Shown: positions 50,359 to 59,958 of the stretch, piece by piece
Position numbering within the stretch: the first letter of the stretch is position 1
Layout: each line of letters starts with the position of its first letter
Source of the DNA: Endomicrobiales bacterium
GTDB taxonomy: Bacteria > Elusimicrobiota > Endomicrobiia > Endomicrobiales > JALOBY01
DNA: 64,000 nucleotides
Direction: 5' to 3'
NCBI GenBank assembly: GCA_963796955.1
Contig: CAWCNJ010000005.1
Location: 64,001-128,000, forward strand
The notes under the pieces: generated by a model
What the model was told of the DNA's origin: nothing
Seen by the model: only the letters and a program-made list of their open reading frames with translations
The model's database searches: none
Made by a program: the position numbers and the translations under genes

Positions 50359-53300
50359 ACATCATTAAATTCCCCCTTGAAAAACCGGTAACAACCATCA
50401 TGTTGTTCGTCGGTTTGGCGCTGCTTGGAATTATCTCGTATTTCAAACTGCCGCAGGAACTGTTCCCTTCGCTGGCCTATCCGCAAATATCGATCATTAC
50501 CAAATACGAAGGTGCCGGACCCGAAGAATCGGAAAAGCTGATAAGCCGCATGATAGAGGAAACCGCCGGGACCGTAAAAAATATCCGGCGCGTCAGCTCT
50601 ATCTCCAAAGAGGGTATGTCCGTCGTTATTTGCGAATTCCGCTGGGGCACGGACATGAATTTCGCGGCGCTTGACGTGCGTGAGAAGATCGACCTGGTAA
50701 AAGAGCGCCTGCCCAAGGACGCCCGCGAACCCGTCGTATTGAAGTTCAACCCTTTCCAGACGGAAGCGATGGTGCTTTCCGTCAGTTATAACTATAACGA
50801 AAATGACCCCTGGAAAATGGTGGACCTGCGCCAGTTCTGCAAAAAGAATATTAAAGACGAACTGGAACGCACCGAAGGCGTAGCCAAAGTTGAGATCCGC
50901 GGCGGTCAGCAAAAAGAGGTACTGGTTGAAGTCGACAAGGGCCGCATACTTGCGAACGAACTTTCACTGCTGGACATAATAAAGACGCTGCGCGAGAACA
51001 ATATCACGTATCCCGCCGGTTCCGTTAAAGAAGAGATGTATGAATATCCGGTCAAGACGGTGGGTGAATTTAAAACGATCGAAGACATATCCAATACGCT
51101 GCTGAACAAGGAAACACGGGGACAGGAGCAGCAGCAGCAGCAACAGCAAAAGAACGTGCGGCGGCGTAGCGACGAAGGCTCAAGCCATTCGGTGATATTT
51201 TTGCGGGATGTGGCCGACGTAAAAGAATCCATAAAGGAAACTACCGGCTATTCCCGCTACAACCGCAGGGACAACATTTCACTTTCTATCTATCCGCAAT
51301 CCGGCTCCAACCTCATTCAGATATCGGACGGTGTGAAAGCGAAGCTCGCCGAGATGAAAGACCGTTTTCCGAAAGACGTGCAGTGGAAGATCATTTACGA
51401 CCAGTCGGACTTCATAAAAACATCGCTGGAACATATCTATTTTGACGCTGGCGTCGGCAGCTTCTTTTCCTTCCTGATACTTTTTATATTCCTTAAAGAC
51501 GTCGCTGCTTCCATGATAATCCTGGTAGCCCTGCCGCTTTCCGTGCTGGCCGCGATAAGCATGATGTATTTCAGCGGCATATCTATCAACACCATGTCGC
51601 TGGGCGGCCTGGCGCTGGGCGTGGGAATGGTCATAGATAATTCCAACGTGGTGCTGGAGGGCATCTTCTCATACGCCGCGCGTCACCCCGGCAAGGAAAA
51701 GAAAGAGATCATTCTTGAAGCGACCGGGTTACAGGTGGGCTCCGTCGTAGGCTCAACGCTGACGCTCTGCGCCATATTCGTTCCCTTTATTTTCGTTTCC
51801 GGCGTCGCGGGCCAGCTTTTTAAGGAGATGGCCCTTACCATAACATATTCGATGCTCGCTTCAGTGCTGGTAGCGCTGATACTGGTGCCGCGTCTGGCGA
51901 TGAACCTGCACCTGGAAAAGTATTCGAACATGGAGAGCGCCCAGATCAAATGGCTGATCGGTTTTCCGAAGTGGCTGCGCGGTTTCCTGGACACGCCCCG
52001 ACTGAAGACCTGGCGCTGGCTTGGCCTGTATTTTGCCATCGGCATGGTGCTGATGATCTTTATACCGAAAGAGTTCATGCCCAGCATGGATGAACACCGC
52101 TTCACGATGAACATAACGCTGCCCCCGCAGACGACCCTGGCGGTGACCTACGACCTGAGCAAGCGCATAGAGCGCACGCTCACCAATATCCCCGAAATGG
52201 AGGATATGGTCGTGAATGTCGGCGCTTCGGGCGAGGAAAACAGCGGCTCGATAGATTTTGTGGGACCGAACCAGGCCCGTATCATCGCCCGCCTGAAGAA
52301 GAAGGGCCGTTCAACGGTGGACGTTGTTTCAGAACTGTCTGATGAAATAACCAAGTGGCACATAGAGAACCTGGAACTGGAATTTGTTACCAAACAGGGA
52401 CTGTTCGGATCCTCAATGGGTTCTTCTTCGGGCTTAACGATAGAAGTAAAAGGACGTGACCTGGAAAAGATGCAGCGCCGGGTGGAACGCACAATCGGGA
52501 TGATGAACCATTCAAAAACATTTTACGGCATAAAAACGATCCCCTCGTCATTAATTCCCGAATTGAAACTGGAAATCGACCGCGAACGCGCGTCATTGTT
52601 CGGCATGAACGTGCAGGATATTTCCGCAACGCTGCTGGCGGCCATAAAAGGCTATGTCTCAACGAAGCTGCGTGAGAAAGAAGAAGAATACGAGGTCCGT
52701 GTCCGGCTCCGTAAAGAGGACCGCAACGACCTTTCACGCATTGGAGAACTGACGGTCTATTCCCCTTTCGGAAGGAACATACAGCTGCAGCAGATCAGCG
52801 AACTGCGTTTTGTAAAATCGTTGCCGGAAATACGGCGCATTGAAGGACAGCGCGCCTACCTGATCACCGCGAACGTACGGGGAAGCTTTGACAGCGCCAT
52901 TAAGGAAACGACCGCTATTTTCGGCAAGCTCTCCGGGCCTGCCGACGAACTTTCCATGGAAATAACCGGCGAAACACTGCAGCTGCAGGAATCGCTGAGC
53001 TCTGCGGCCTTCGCCCTGGTATTCGGCATCATTATCGTGTACATGATCCTGGCATCACAGTTCGAATCGCTCATTTTGCCCGTCATCACAATGACGACCG
53101 TGCCGATGGGATTGATCGGCGCTATTTACGGGTTGTTCTTTTCGTTCCAATCCCTTAATTCAGTATCAATGCAGGGCATGGTCATGCTGATAGGACTGGT
53201 CGTCAATTCCGGCATCATCCTGGTGGACCGGTATAATGTCGCCCGGGCGCATGAACCGGATAAGAACTTAAAAGAGCTTGTGATAGACTGCACATGCGAA

Positions 53301-53513
53301 CGACTGCGGGCCGTGTTAATGACCACATTGACCACGGTGCTGGGCATGTTGCCGACAGCCCTCGCGGTCGGAAAGAATACGATAGCGCCGATGTCCATAG
53401 CGATCGTCAGCGGCGAAATGTTCAGGCTGGTGCTGACACTGTTCTTTGTGCCTTCATCATACCTGCTTATTGAGGAGTTTTTAAAGCGCAGGAAGAGTAA
53501 ACATATAATTTGA
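50355..53513 (+). CDS. Second RND permease (AcrB/AcrD/AcrF family)
   Basis: KPVTT, LPQELFP, NTMSLGGLALGVGMVIDNS, LASQFES, ERLR.VLMTT; overlaps the upstream stop (ATGA). Confidence 0.93.
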   Translation: MNIIKFPLEKPVTTIMLFVGLALLGIISYFKLPQELFPSLAYPQISIITKYEGAGPEESEKLISRMIEETAGTVKNIRRVSSISKEGMSVVICEFRWGTDMNFAALDVREKIDLVKERLPKDAREPVVLKFNPFQTEAMVLSVSYNYNENDPWKMVDLRQFCKKNIKDELERTEGVAKVEIRGGQQKEVLVEVDKGRILANELSLLDIIKTLRENNITYPAGSVKEEMYEYPVKTVGEFKTIEDISNTLLNKETRGQEQQQQQQQKNVRRRSDEGSSHSVIFLRDVADVKESIKETTGYSRYNRRDNISLSIYPQSGSNLIQISDGVKAKLAEMKDRFPKDVQWKIIYDQSDFIKTSLEHIYFDAGVGSFFSFLILFIFLKDVAASMIILVALPLSVLAAISMMYFSGISINTMSLGGLALGVGMVIDNSNVVLEGIFSYAARHPGKEKKEIILEATGLQVGSVVGSTLTLCAIFVPFIFVSGVAGQLFKEMALTITYSMLASVLVALILVPRLAMNLHLEKYSNMESAQIKWLIGFPKWLRGFLDTPRLKTWRWLGLYFAIGMVLMIFIPKEFMPSMDEHRFTMNITLPPQTTLAVTYDLSKRIERTLTNIPEMEDMVVNVGASGEENSGSIDFVGPNQARIIARLKKKGRSTVDVVSELSDEITKWHIENLELEFVTKQGLFGSSMGSSSGLTIEVKGRDLEKMQRRVERTIGMMNHSKTFYGIKTIPSSLIPELKLEIDRERASLFGMNVQDISATLLAAIKGYVSTKLREKEEEYEVRVRLRKEDRNDLSRIGELTVYSPFGRNIQLQQISELRFVKSLPEIRRIEGQRAYLITANVRGSFDSAIKETTAIFGKLSGPADELSMEITGETLQLQESLSSAAFALVFGIIIVYMILASQFESLILPVITMTTVPMGLIGAIYGLFFSFQSLNSVSMQGMVMLIGLVVNSGIILVDRYNVARAHEPDKNLKELVIDCTCERLRAVLMTTLTTVLGMLPTALAVGKNTIAPMSIAIVSGEMFRLVLTLFFVPSSYLLIEEFLKRRKSKHII

Positions 53514-53716
53514 TGTTTTGTTATTATTGCTATTGAAATTATTAAGGTTATTAGTTATACTTATTGTACATTAGTTAGAATGTAACGGTTTTGCATTGGT
53601 TTTTTAACGATTAAACAATTTTTTATTAAGGAGGTGACAGGGGAAGCCGCCCCACATAGAAGACGGTTAAAAGTCACCGCAGCGAATTTGACACATCAAT
53701 CCAATCAGGAGGCGTT

Positions 53717-54001
53717 ATGACTTACGAAGTTAAGAAGATCAACGTTGGTTCACTGACAAAGATCGTCCCCATTATTTTCGGTATCGTCGGTGTTGTTATC
53801 GGACTTTTCACATTTTTCCTTTTCCCGACTGAAGTCGCGCAGGGCCTTGCTTTCGGCACGCGCTTGCTTTCATGGTTGATCTTCGTAGTGCTTTACACCA
53901 TTATCATGTACGTAGGCCTGGTCGTTATTTCGCTGCTTTACAACTGGGTTTCAGGCAAGACCGGCGGAGTGGTTATAGCGCTGGAAGAAAAACAGTCATA
54001 A
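53717..54001 (+). CDS. Small membrane protein (DUF3566-like)
   Basis: AGGAGG SD; EVKKI.V.S..K, two TM helices, LYN..S...GG. Confidence 0.7.
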   Translation: MTYEVKKINVGSLTKIVPIIFGIVGVVIGLFTFFLFPTEVAQGLAFGTRLLSWLIFVVLYTIIMYVGLVVISLLYNWVSGKTGGVVIALEEKQS

Positions 54002-54012
54002 TTGCTTTTTAG

Positions 54013-54059
54013 CGGCGGAAGGCGATCCACTGATGCACCGGGCAGCCTTCCGCCGTTTT
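54013..54059 (+). terminator. Intrinsic terminator
   Basis: GGCGGAAGGC...GCCTTCCGCC followed by GTTTT. Confidence 0.65.
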
Positions 54060-54078
54060 CTATTGTAAACCACTTAAT

Positions 54079-55527
54079 ATGAAACTCGGCCTTAAATTCA
54101 CTCTTTTCAACTTTGTACTTCTCTCAATTATCATCGCCGGGTTCTCATTGACGATCTTTTTAGCACAGAAGCGATTCCTGACCGAGCAGTCCGAAAACTA
54201 CCGGGCGGCGATATTCAGCGACATAGAACACATTTGCAATGAAGCTGCGGCCCGCCACGATGAACCCCTGATACATTCGGCTCTTTTTTCGATGGTGCAA
54301 ACCCACAGACCCGCTATAGCATTTGCCGGATATCTCAACGCTATCACCGGCGTTTTTCTCGTCGCGCGGGACAGCGAGAATGAACAATACTATTTTTCTC
54401 AATTCGCCAGAGCTTCATATCAATCGGTCATAACGCTCCGGTCACCGACCGGAGAATTGTTGCGGGAACACACGGTACCGATCGTCAATAACGGACAATA
54501 CCAGGGGAGCTTGGTCGTCGGCTTTTCTCAGGACGCGATGTATCAGGATATTCAGGAGGGCATTAAAACACTGGGCCGCAATATAGCGGTAACCGCCTGC
54601 GCGGCACTGGCTATCGGGCTTCTTTTCGCGGTGGCGCTCGCAAAATACATGAACAAACCTATCACCCAGCTTGATGAAGCTGCCCGAAAACTGGGCCAGG
54701 GCGACCTGAACGTGCATGTCAACATAGACCGCGACGATGAATTGGGGGCCCTTGCGGCAACGTTCAATGAAATGGCCCGGAAGGTCAAAGAGCTGGATGA
54801 ACTGAAAGACAGTTTTGTCTCATCCGTCTCGCATGAACTGCGTTCGCCGCTGACAGCGATCGACGGATATGTGGAGTATCTTATCGAAGGGCTCCACAAG
54901 ACAATGCCGGCAGCCAAGCAACAGAAAGCCCTGGGCGTTATCAAAGATTCAACCTCGCGCTTAAGCAATTTTATTACTAACATATTGGACACAGCCAAGA
55001 TCCGGGCGGGCCATTTTTCACTGCACCAGACGGCCATGCAGCTGGAAGGCGTCATCAGCGAAATAGCGTTTCTTTTCACCCCGCACGCGGCCAAATGCGG
55101 TATGAACATAACGGTAAAGGTGCCTGAGAGCCTGCCGGCGGTTTGGGCGGACCGGGAGCGCATAGCCCAGGTATTGACCAATCTTCTGGGGAATGCCCTA
55201 AAATTTTCGAAAGAGGGCACCACGATACGGATAGCAGCTGCGTTGAGCGGGGCCTTCATAACTGTCTCGGTGTCCGATGCCGGGATAGGTATACCACCGG
55301 ATCAGCAAAGCAGGATCTTCGAACGATTTTATCAGGTGGTAGATCATAACTATTCGCGCCCCAAAGGAACCGGCCTCGGGCTGGCGATAGTTGCCGAGAT
55401 CATCAAGCGGCACGGCGGCGAGGTAGGCGTTCAAAGTGAGCCGGGAAAGGGCAGCACATTCCACTTTACATTACCGGTTGAAAGATCTTTTATTAAGCAG
55501 CCCGGAGGGATGCCAAATGATCAGTAA
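54079..55527 (+). CDS. HAMP-domain sensor histidine kinase
   Basis: Two TM helices, HAMP, H-box VSHELRSPL, N-box NLLGNALKF, DAGIG, GTGLGL. Confidence 0.95.
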   Translation: MKLGLKFTLFNFVLLSIIIAGFSLTIFLAQKRFLTEQSENYRAAIFSDIEHICNEAAARHDEPLIHSALFSMVQTHRPAIAFAGYLNAITGVFLVARDSENEQYYFSQFARASYQSVITLRSPTGELLREHTVPIVNNGQYQGSLVVGFSQDAMYQDIQEGIKTLGRNIAVTACAALAIGLLFAVALAKYMNKPITQLDEAARKLGQGDLNVHVNIDRDDELGALAATFNEMARKVKELDELKDSFVSSVSHELRSPLTAIDGYVEYLIEGLHKTMPAAKQQKALGVIKDSTSRLSNFITNILDTAKIRAGHFSLHQTAMQLEGVISEIAFLFTPHAAKCGMNITVKVPESLPAVWADRERIAQVLTNLLGNALKFSKEGTTIRIAAALSGAFITVSVSDAGIGIPPDQQSRIFERFYQVVDHNYSRPKGTGLGLAIVAEIIKRHGGEVGVQSEPGKGSTFHFTLPVERSFIKQPGGMPNDQ

Positions 55528-56206
55528 AAAAATTATTGTTGTCGACGATGAAGACGCGATCCGTGAAATGGTGGTGGACACACTGGATGAAGCTGGATTT
55601 ATAGCGATCGGCTGCCCCGACACCGACACGGGCTACGCGCGGATCACAAAATCCAACCCGGACCTGGTTATACTGGACGTAAAAATGCCGACCGTCGGCG
55701 GTATTGAGCTGTGCCGCATGCTGAGGGCGAACGCTAAAACTAAGAACATTCCTGTTATCATGCTGACCGTGGAAGCCACCGAAACCGACAAGGTCATAGG
55801 CCTCGGGATAGGCGCGGATGATTATATCGTTAAACCCTTCAGCCCCAAAGAGCTGGTCGCGCGCATTAAATCGCTGCTGCGCAGGTCGGAAGGCTCAGAC
55901 GATAAATCCCAGGGAAATGTGCTCAAGGCTGCCGGACTTGAGATCAACCTGGATTCACAGACCGTAAAATACGCCGGCAAACTGATAGAGCTGCGCCCCA
56001 AGGAATTTGACTTGGTAGTCCTTATGGTCAAAAAGCCTAACGTCGTGCTGGACCGTTCTTTTATACTCGAGAACGTATTCGGCTATAAGATCCCGATCAG
56101 CACTAGAACCATCGACACCCATATAAAGAACCTGCGCCACGCCCTGGGACCTTTTGGAAAAAAGATCAAAACGGTTTTCGGGCGGGGCTTTAAATTTGTC
56201 CCGTGA
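55517..56206 (+). CDS. OmpR/PhoB-family response regulator
   Basis: VVDDE, LD..MP, GADDY..KPF, winged helix RTIDTHIK.LR...TV.G.G. ATG 55517 has a GGAGG SD. Confidence 0.95.
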   Translation: MISKKIIVVDDEDAIREMVVDTLDEAGFIAIGCPDTDTGYARITKSNPDLVILDVKMPTVGGIELCRMLRANAKTKNIPVIMLTVEATETDKVIGLGIGADDYIVKPFSPKELVARIKSLLRRSEGSDDKSQGNVLKAAGLEINLDSQTVKYAGKLIELRPKEFDLVVLMVKKPNVVLDRSFILENVFGYKIPISTRTIDTHIKNLRHALGPFGKKIKTVFGRGFKFVP

Positions 56207-56212
56207 GAAACC

Positions 56213-57052
56213 ATGCCATCATCCAAACAGCCCTCGACCCCTGAATCCTTCGACAATAAACGGCCTTCTCCGGATGCTGAAAAACAACTGCTTGCGGCGT
56301 TTCGCAAGGGCACTGACGAAGGGCGCACCAAACTTCTGCAGGCCTACGCGCCCCTGGTGGGTTCCGTTGCCCGGCGCTATAACCGGTTTTTTCCCTGGAC
56401 AGACTACCCCGAGCTTATGGAAGAGGGAACGTTCGGCCTGCTAAAAGCTGCCGAGCATTTTGACAACAGCAAAAAGACCCGATTTTCCACTTATGCCTGG
56501 TTTTGGATCGTTAAATCCGTTCAGGAACACATCGGAGAGCTGATCAGCGTCATGAAGGTGCCGGCTACGATAACGAAACGATTCGCCAGGATCACCCATT
56601 TCATTGAAACAGAGATGAAAGCCAGCAGGGAACCCTCACTGGACCAGATAGCAGAGCACCTGGATATTGAGTTGGACGATATAACCGATGCGCTGGGCAG
56701 CCGTAATTCCATGGGCGGCATGCTTTCGCTGAACGAATTTGTCGACGGTGATGAACAGCGCGACCGGCTTTCCGACATCGTAGCCAACAAAGAACCCATG
56801 AGCCAGGACCTGCTGGAACAGCTGGAAGGCAGCCAGCGGCTGGAAGATTTTTTAACCGAATTATCCGCGGACGAAGTCGCCGTTATCCGTTTGCGTTTCG
56901 GCCTTGATGACCAGAAATACCATACCCTGAAAGAAACCGCGCAGCAGCTGAAGCTGACACCGCAAAAAGTCCGCGACATTGAGATCGACGGTCTTGCACG
57001 GCTTAAAGGCATTATAGAAAAGAATGGCGGCGATCCGTCGAACAAAAATTAA
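56213..57052 (+). CDS. Alternative sigma-70 factor (RpoD/RpoS-like regions 2-4, no region 1.1)
   Basis: EL.EEG..GLLKAAE.FD....RFSTYA..WI; region 3 REPS...IA; VIRLRFGL....TL.E. Confidence 0.9.
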   Translation: MPSSKQPSTPESFDNKRPSPDAEKQLLAAFRKGTDEGRTKLLQAYAPLVGSVARRYNRFFPWTDYPELMEEGTFGLLKAAEHFDNSKKTRFSTYAWFWIVKSVQEHIGELISVMKVPATITKRFARITHFIETEMKASREPSLDQIAEHLDIELDDITDALGSRNSMGGMLSLNEFVDGDEQRDRLSDIVANKEPMSQDLLEQLEGSQRLEDFLTELSADEVAVIRLRFGLDDQKYHTLKETAQQLKLTPQKVRDIEIDGLARLKGIIEKNGGDPSNKN

Positions 57053-57085
57053 ATGCGGCGAACGCACGGTCACACCTGATAATTT

Positions 57086-57652
57086 ATGGGACATCTCCGG
57101 TTCGTTCAACAAGTAAAACCAATCTTCGGCCTGATCGCCACTTCCCAAACCGCACTTGACAAGGCTATTGAAGCTATCACGACGCGCTGGGGTACTATCG
57201 ACGAAAAAACCGTCCCAATACCGTTCACTTTTTCAAAATATTACAATCGCGAGATGGGAGACGGCCTGCTGCGCCAGTGGCTCAGCCTTGAGCAATTGAT
57301 ACTGCCGGACGCGCTGGCACCGATGAAACACATGACGAACGAAATGGAAGATTCTTTTCGGATCAACAGTAAACGTTCGGTGAATATCGATCCTGGCTAT
57401 TTGGGACTGTCAAAGCTGGTTCTCGCCTCTACTAAAGACTTCTCGCACAGAATATACATCGGTAATCAGATCTATGAAGAGACTACCTTATTGTTCCGGG
57501 CGAATAAATTCTGGGCGCTGCCCTGGTCCTACGCCGATTATCAAACCGAACTCTCCATTAAGTTCTTAACCGAGTCCAGAGACCGCCTTTTGCAACAGCT
57601 TGGCATAGATGAATTACGGAAATACCATTCAAAAACCAATCAAAAAGATTGA
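57086..57652 (+). CDS. DUF4416-family protein
   Basis: F..S.YY..EMG, R.VNIDPGY, LASTKDFSHRIY. Confidence 0.85.
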   Translation: MGHLRFVQQVKPIFGLIATSQTALDKAIEAITTRWGTIDEKTVPIPFTFSKYYNREMGDGLLRQWLSLEQLILPDALAPMKHMTNEMEDSFRINSKRSVNIDPGYLGLSKLVLASTKDFSHRIYIGNQIYEETTLLFRANKFWALPWSYADYQTELSIKFLTESRDRLLQQLGIDELRKYHSKTNQKD

Positions 57653-57653
57653 T

Positions 57654-57669
57654 TGTTTCACATGAAACA
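57654..57669. promoter_or_regulatory. parS site (one mismatch) overlapping the radical SAM start codon
   Basis: TGTTTCACATGAAACA versus the consensus TGTTTCACGTGAAACA. Confidence 0.85.
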
Positions 57670-59002
57670 ACACCGCCTTCTTCTGATCAATCCTCCTGTT
57701 TACGACTTTGTCGCTTACGATCTTTGGTCAAAACCGCTGGGACTCCTTTACCTCGCTTCGATACTGCGCGATGGAGGCTATAAGATCTCACTACTGGATT
57801 GCATGAACAGAAACATGCCAGAAATGCCGACAACAAAGTATAGCAGTTATGGCTGCGGCCCTTATTATAGCAAGCACATATCCAAGCCCGCAGCTTTATC
57901 GGGCATACCGCGCAACTACCACCGTTTCGGACTGCCTGCCAATGGCATCAGAGATGCCCTACGGGCGATCGCTCTACCCGATGCAATTTTGGTCACATCC
58001 GTTATGACATATTGGTACCCCGGCGTCATCGAAACTATTAAACTTATGCGCCAAACCTTCCCCACGGTACCTATTATAGCAGGAGGCACTTACGCCACGC
58101 TTTGCACAGAACACGCTAAAGAGCATTGCGGTGCTGATAAGATTGTTGCAGGCCACAACCCTAAAGATGTTTTTGCTGCACTCCACGACCTGGGAATAAC
58201 GACAGAGATCTCAAGTATCCCGGAAACATTCGCACACTATCCCGAACCCGCTTACGAGCTTTACAGCTCTCTTAATTACTTTGCAATACGCACAAGCGTT
58301 GGCTGCCCTTGCAACTGCACGTACTGCGCTATCAACCAATTGTCATCGGGCTATTGCCGAAAAGAACCACAGACTACAGCCAACGAGATCATTGCGCTTG
58401 CGGACAGAAGCATCAAGGATGTCGTATTCTACGATGACGCGCTCCTTTATCAAGCGGACGACAACCTCATTCCCTTGCTGAACCACCTTGCCAGACACAG
58501 AACTCCACTAAGATTCCACACCCCAAACGGCCTGCACTCTCGTTATCTTTCCAAAGAAACAGCTGCAGCGATGCACAACGCAAACTTTATAATGCCCAGG
58601 CTCAGCCTTGAAACCGCTAGCCCAGATATACAAAAGCAAACCGGTGGCAAAGTCTCTCAAACACAATTTGAAGAGGGAATTCATAACCTTAAAGCTGCCG
58701 GGTACGAGACCGGCCAGTATGCAGCCTATCTTATGATGGGCATGCCCAGACAAGATCTCGCGGAAGCTGAGGAAACCATCCGTTACGCCCATTCATGCGG
58801 CGCCCACATATCGCTGGGTGAATACTCACCCATACCCGGCACCAAAGACTGGCAAACAGTTAAAACCCTGCTTCCCTCCAATGATCCACTGTGGCACAAC
58901 AACTCCATCAACCCCCTGCACCCACTTTCAGATTGGCTACGGCTACAGCACATGAAAGATCTAGCCCGGACGCTTAACAAAGCCCTGCCTTCGATACCAT
59001 AA
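57662..59002 (+). CDS. B12-binding radical SAM protein
   Basis: N-terminal PLGLLYLAS...GG.YATL cobalamin domain; RTSVGCPCNCTYC (CxxxCxxC); FYDDAL; HTPNGL. Confidence 0.9.
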   Translation: MKQHRLLLINPPVYDFVAYDLWSKPLGLLYLASILRDGGYKISLLDCMNRNMPEMPTTKYSSYGCGPYYSKHISKPAALSGIPRNYHRFGLPANGIRDALRAIALPDAILVTSVMTYWYPGVIETIKLMRQTFPTVPIIAGGTYATLCTEHAKEHCGADKIVAGHNPKDVFAALHDLGITTEISSIPETFAHYPEPAYELYSSLNYFAIRTSVGCPCNCTYCAINQLSSGYCRKEPQTTANEIIALADRSIKDVVFYDDALLYQADDNLIPLLNHLARHRTPLRFHTPNGLHSRYLSKETAAAMHNANFIMPRLSLETASPDIQKQTGGKVSQTQFEEGIHNLKAAGYETGQYAAYLMMGMPRQDLAEAEETIRYAHSCGAHISLGEYSPIPGTKDWQTVKTLLPSNDPLWHNNSINPLHPLSDWLRLQHMKDLARTLNKALPSIP

Positions 59003-59011
59003 CACAGTCAC

Positions 59012-59027
59012 TGTTTCACGTGAAACA
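59012..59027. promoter_or_regulatory. parS site (perfect consensus)
   Basis: TGTTTCACGTGAAACA palindrome just upstream of parA. Confidence 0.95.
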
Positions 59028-59036
59028 ACAAACCCC

Positions 59037-59065
59037 TTGCAAAGCCATACATAGTGTGTTATAAT
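59037..59065 (+). promoter_or_regulatory. Sigma-70 promoter of parAB
   Basis: TTGCAA-17 nt-TATAAT with a TG extension. Confidence 0.7.
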
Positions 59066-59109
59066 GATCAAACATTAATTGTTGATATCTTTCTTCCGAC
59101 GGAGAGTCC

Positions 59110-59907
59110 ATGAAAGTAATTGCTGTTGCGAACCAGAAGGGCGGTGTTGGAAAGACTACCACCGCAATTAATCTTGCAGCATCGCTGGCATCCCTTGGCC
59201 AGGAGACCCTGCTTATTGATATCGACCCGCAGGGGAATTCAACAAGCGGCATTGGTATTGATAAGTCAACGCTTAAAAAACAGATCTACCATGCCTTGAT
59301 AGGAGACACCCCACTGGAAGACATTCTGCTTCCAACAGCCATAGATTGGCTTGATATTGCACCAGCCAACATTGACCTTATTGGCGCAGAAATAGAACTT
59401 GTAAATATGCCGCGACGCGAACACCGGTTGAAAGACGCCCTTGAGAAGTTCCAGCGCGTCTATAAGTATGTAGTAATAGATTGCCCGCCTTCGCTTGGTC
59501 TGCTGACCGTAAATACCATGAATGCCGCACATTCTATCCTGGTGCCGATACAGTGTGAATATTTCGCGCTGGAAGGCCTTGGGCAGCTTATAAACACCAT
59601 TAACCGCATACGCTCCAGTTTCAATTCTGCATTGGAAATTGAAGGGGTTTTGCTTACCATGCATGACAGTAGGGTAAACCTTTCTCAGCAGGTAATAGAC
59701 GAGGTTCGTAAGTACTTTGCAGAAAAAGTTTACAATACCTCCATACCCCGCACCGTACGTCTTGCAGAAGCGCCAAGCCATGGCATGCCCGTAATACTCT
59801 ACGACAAGAACTGCAAAGGCACAACCGCCTACCTGGACCTTGCCCACGAAGTAATAGCCCGTAATCAAAATGTTGAGCGCACCGCTTTCAGCGCACAAAA
59901 AGCATAA
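59110..59907 (+). CDS. parA: Chromosome partitioning ATPase ParA/Soj
   Basis: [43 protein letters not shown]. Confidence 0.97.
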   Translation: MKVIAVANQKGGVGKTTTAINLAASLASLGQETLLIDIDPQGNSTSGIGIDKSTLKKQIYHALIGDTPLEDILLPTAIDWLDIAPANIDLIGAEIELVNMPRREHRLKDALEKFQRVYKYVVIDCPPSLGLLTVNTMNAAHSILVPIQCEYFALEGLGQLINTINRIRSSFNSALEIEGVLLTMHDSRVNLSQQVIDEVRKYFAEKVYNTSIPRTVRLAEAPSHGMPVILYDKNCKGTTAYLDLAHEVIARNQNVERTAFSAQKA

Positions 59908-59958
59908 AATGTAAAAATATTCTTCGCGAAAACAATTACAAAAACATGAGGAGCTCAA

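Noticed and set aside
49845..50912. 355-aa minus-strand ORF and the many other 60-290 aa antisense ORFs
   Set aside because: They overlap well-supported genes on the opposite strand and have no recognisable motifs, as expected for shadow ORFs in GC-rich coding DNA.
53628..53680. Riboswitch or small ORF at AAGGAGGTGAC...GTCACC upstream of the DUF3566-like gene
   Set aside because: A GGTGAC/GTCACC helix is possible, but I recognise no aptamer consensus and no start codon follows the SD-like sequence at a usable distance.
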